Program-made: the position numbers and the translations under genes | The notes under the pieces: model-generated | Databases searched by the model: none | What the model was told of the DNA's origin: nothing | The model's input: only the letters and a program-made list of their open reading frames with translations | NCBI RefSeq assembly: GCF_009914755.1 | Contig: NC_060939.1 | From: the human T2T-CHM13v2.0 reference genome, Homo sapiens | Strand: one strand, 5' to 3' | Length of the DNA stretch: 64,000 bases | Shown: piece by piece, positions 63,621 to 64,000 of the stretch | Position numbering within the stretch: position 1 is the stretch's first letter | Layout of the letters: each line of letters starts with the position of its first letter

Positions 63621-64000
63621 GAATGGAGTGGGATGGATTACAGTGGAGTGGAGTGGAGTGTTATGGAGAGGAGTGGACTGTAGTGGAATGGAATTGAATG
63701 GACCAGAGTGGAATAGTGTGGAATCGAGTTCGGTGGAATGGATTGGAATGGATTAAAGTGGAATGGAGTGGAGTGGAGTGGACTGGGGTGGAATGGAATG
63801 GAGTGGAGTGGAGTGCAACTGAGTGTAGTGGAGTGGAGTGGAACGGTATGGAGAGGAGAGGAATGGAATGGAATGGAATGGAAAGGAGTCAACTGGAATG
63901 GGATTGAGTGAAATGGAATGGAACAGATGGGAATGTAATGGAATGGCGTAGAGTGGAATGGAATGGAGTGAAGTGGAATGGATTCGATTGGAAAAGAAAG
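63620..64000 (+). repeat. Return to GGAGT-rich HSat3 domain
   Basis: ggagtggagt variants reappear and CAACCCGAGT is lost. Confidence 0.75.

Overview
Primate (human-like) heterochromatin with no intact protein-coding gene. 1-~10852 is a 68-bp beta-satellite (Sau3A/BSR) array. It is interrupted by two D4Z4-derived fragments: a promoter-only piece (3031-~3756) and a promoter plus disabled double-homeobox DUX4-like pseudogene (5514-~6839). From ~10850 to 64000 is one uninterrupted, single-orientation (GGAAT)n satellite III (HSat3) array made of compositionally distinct domains. These are: a GGAGT-rich domain punctuated by 22 ordered ~65-bp Alu 3'-end cassettes (10850-18200); a TCGAAT/GGACTCGAAT CpG-bearing domain (~18530-33920); a long GGAGT-rich domain (~33920-59480); and a canonical CAACCCGAGT(GGAAT)n domain (~59480-63620). 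This arrangement is typical of acrocentric short arms or similar pericentromeric regions; chromosome and species cannot be assigned from the sequence alone. Nearly all ORFs in the track are satellite translation artefacts. I do not find a convincing new gene system. The most unusual structures are the Alu-cassette/HSat3 composite higher-order repeat and the shared breakpoints between beta-satellite, D4Z4 and HSat3. All alignments were done by eye.
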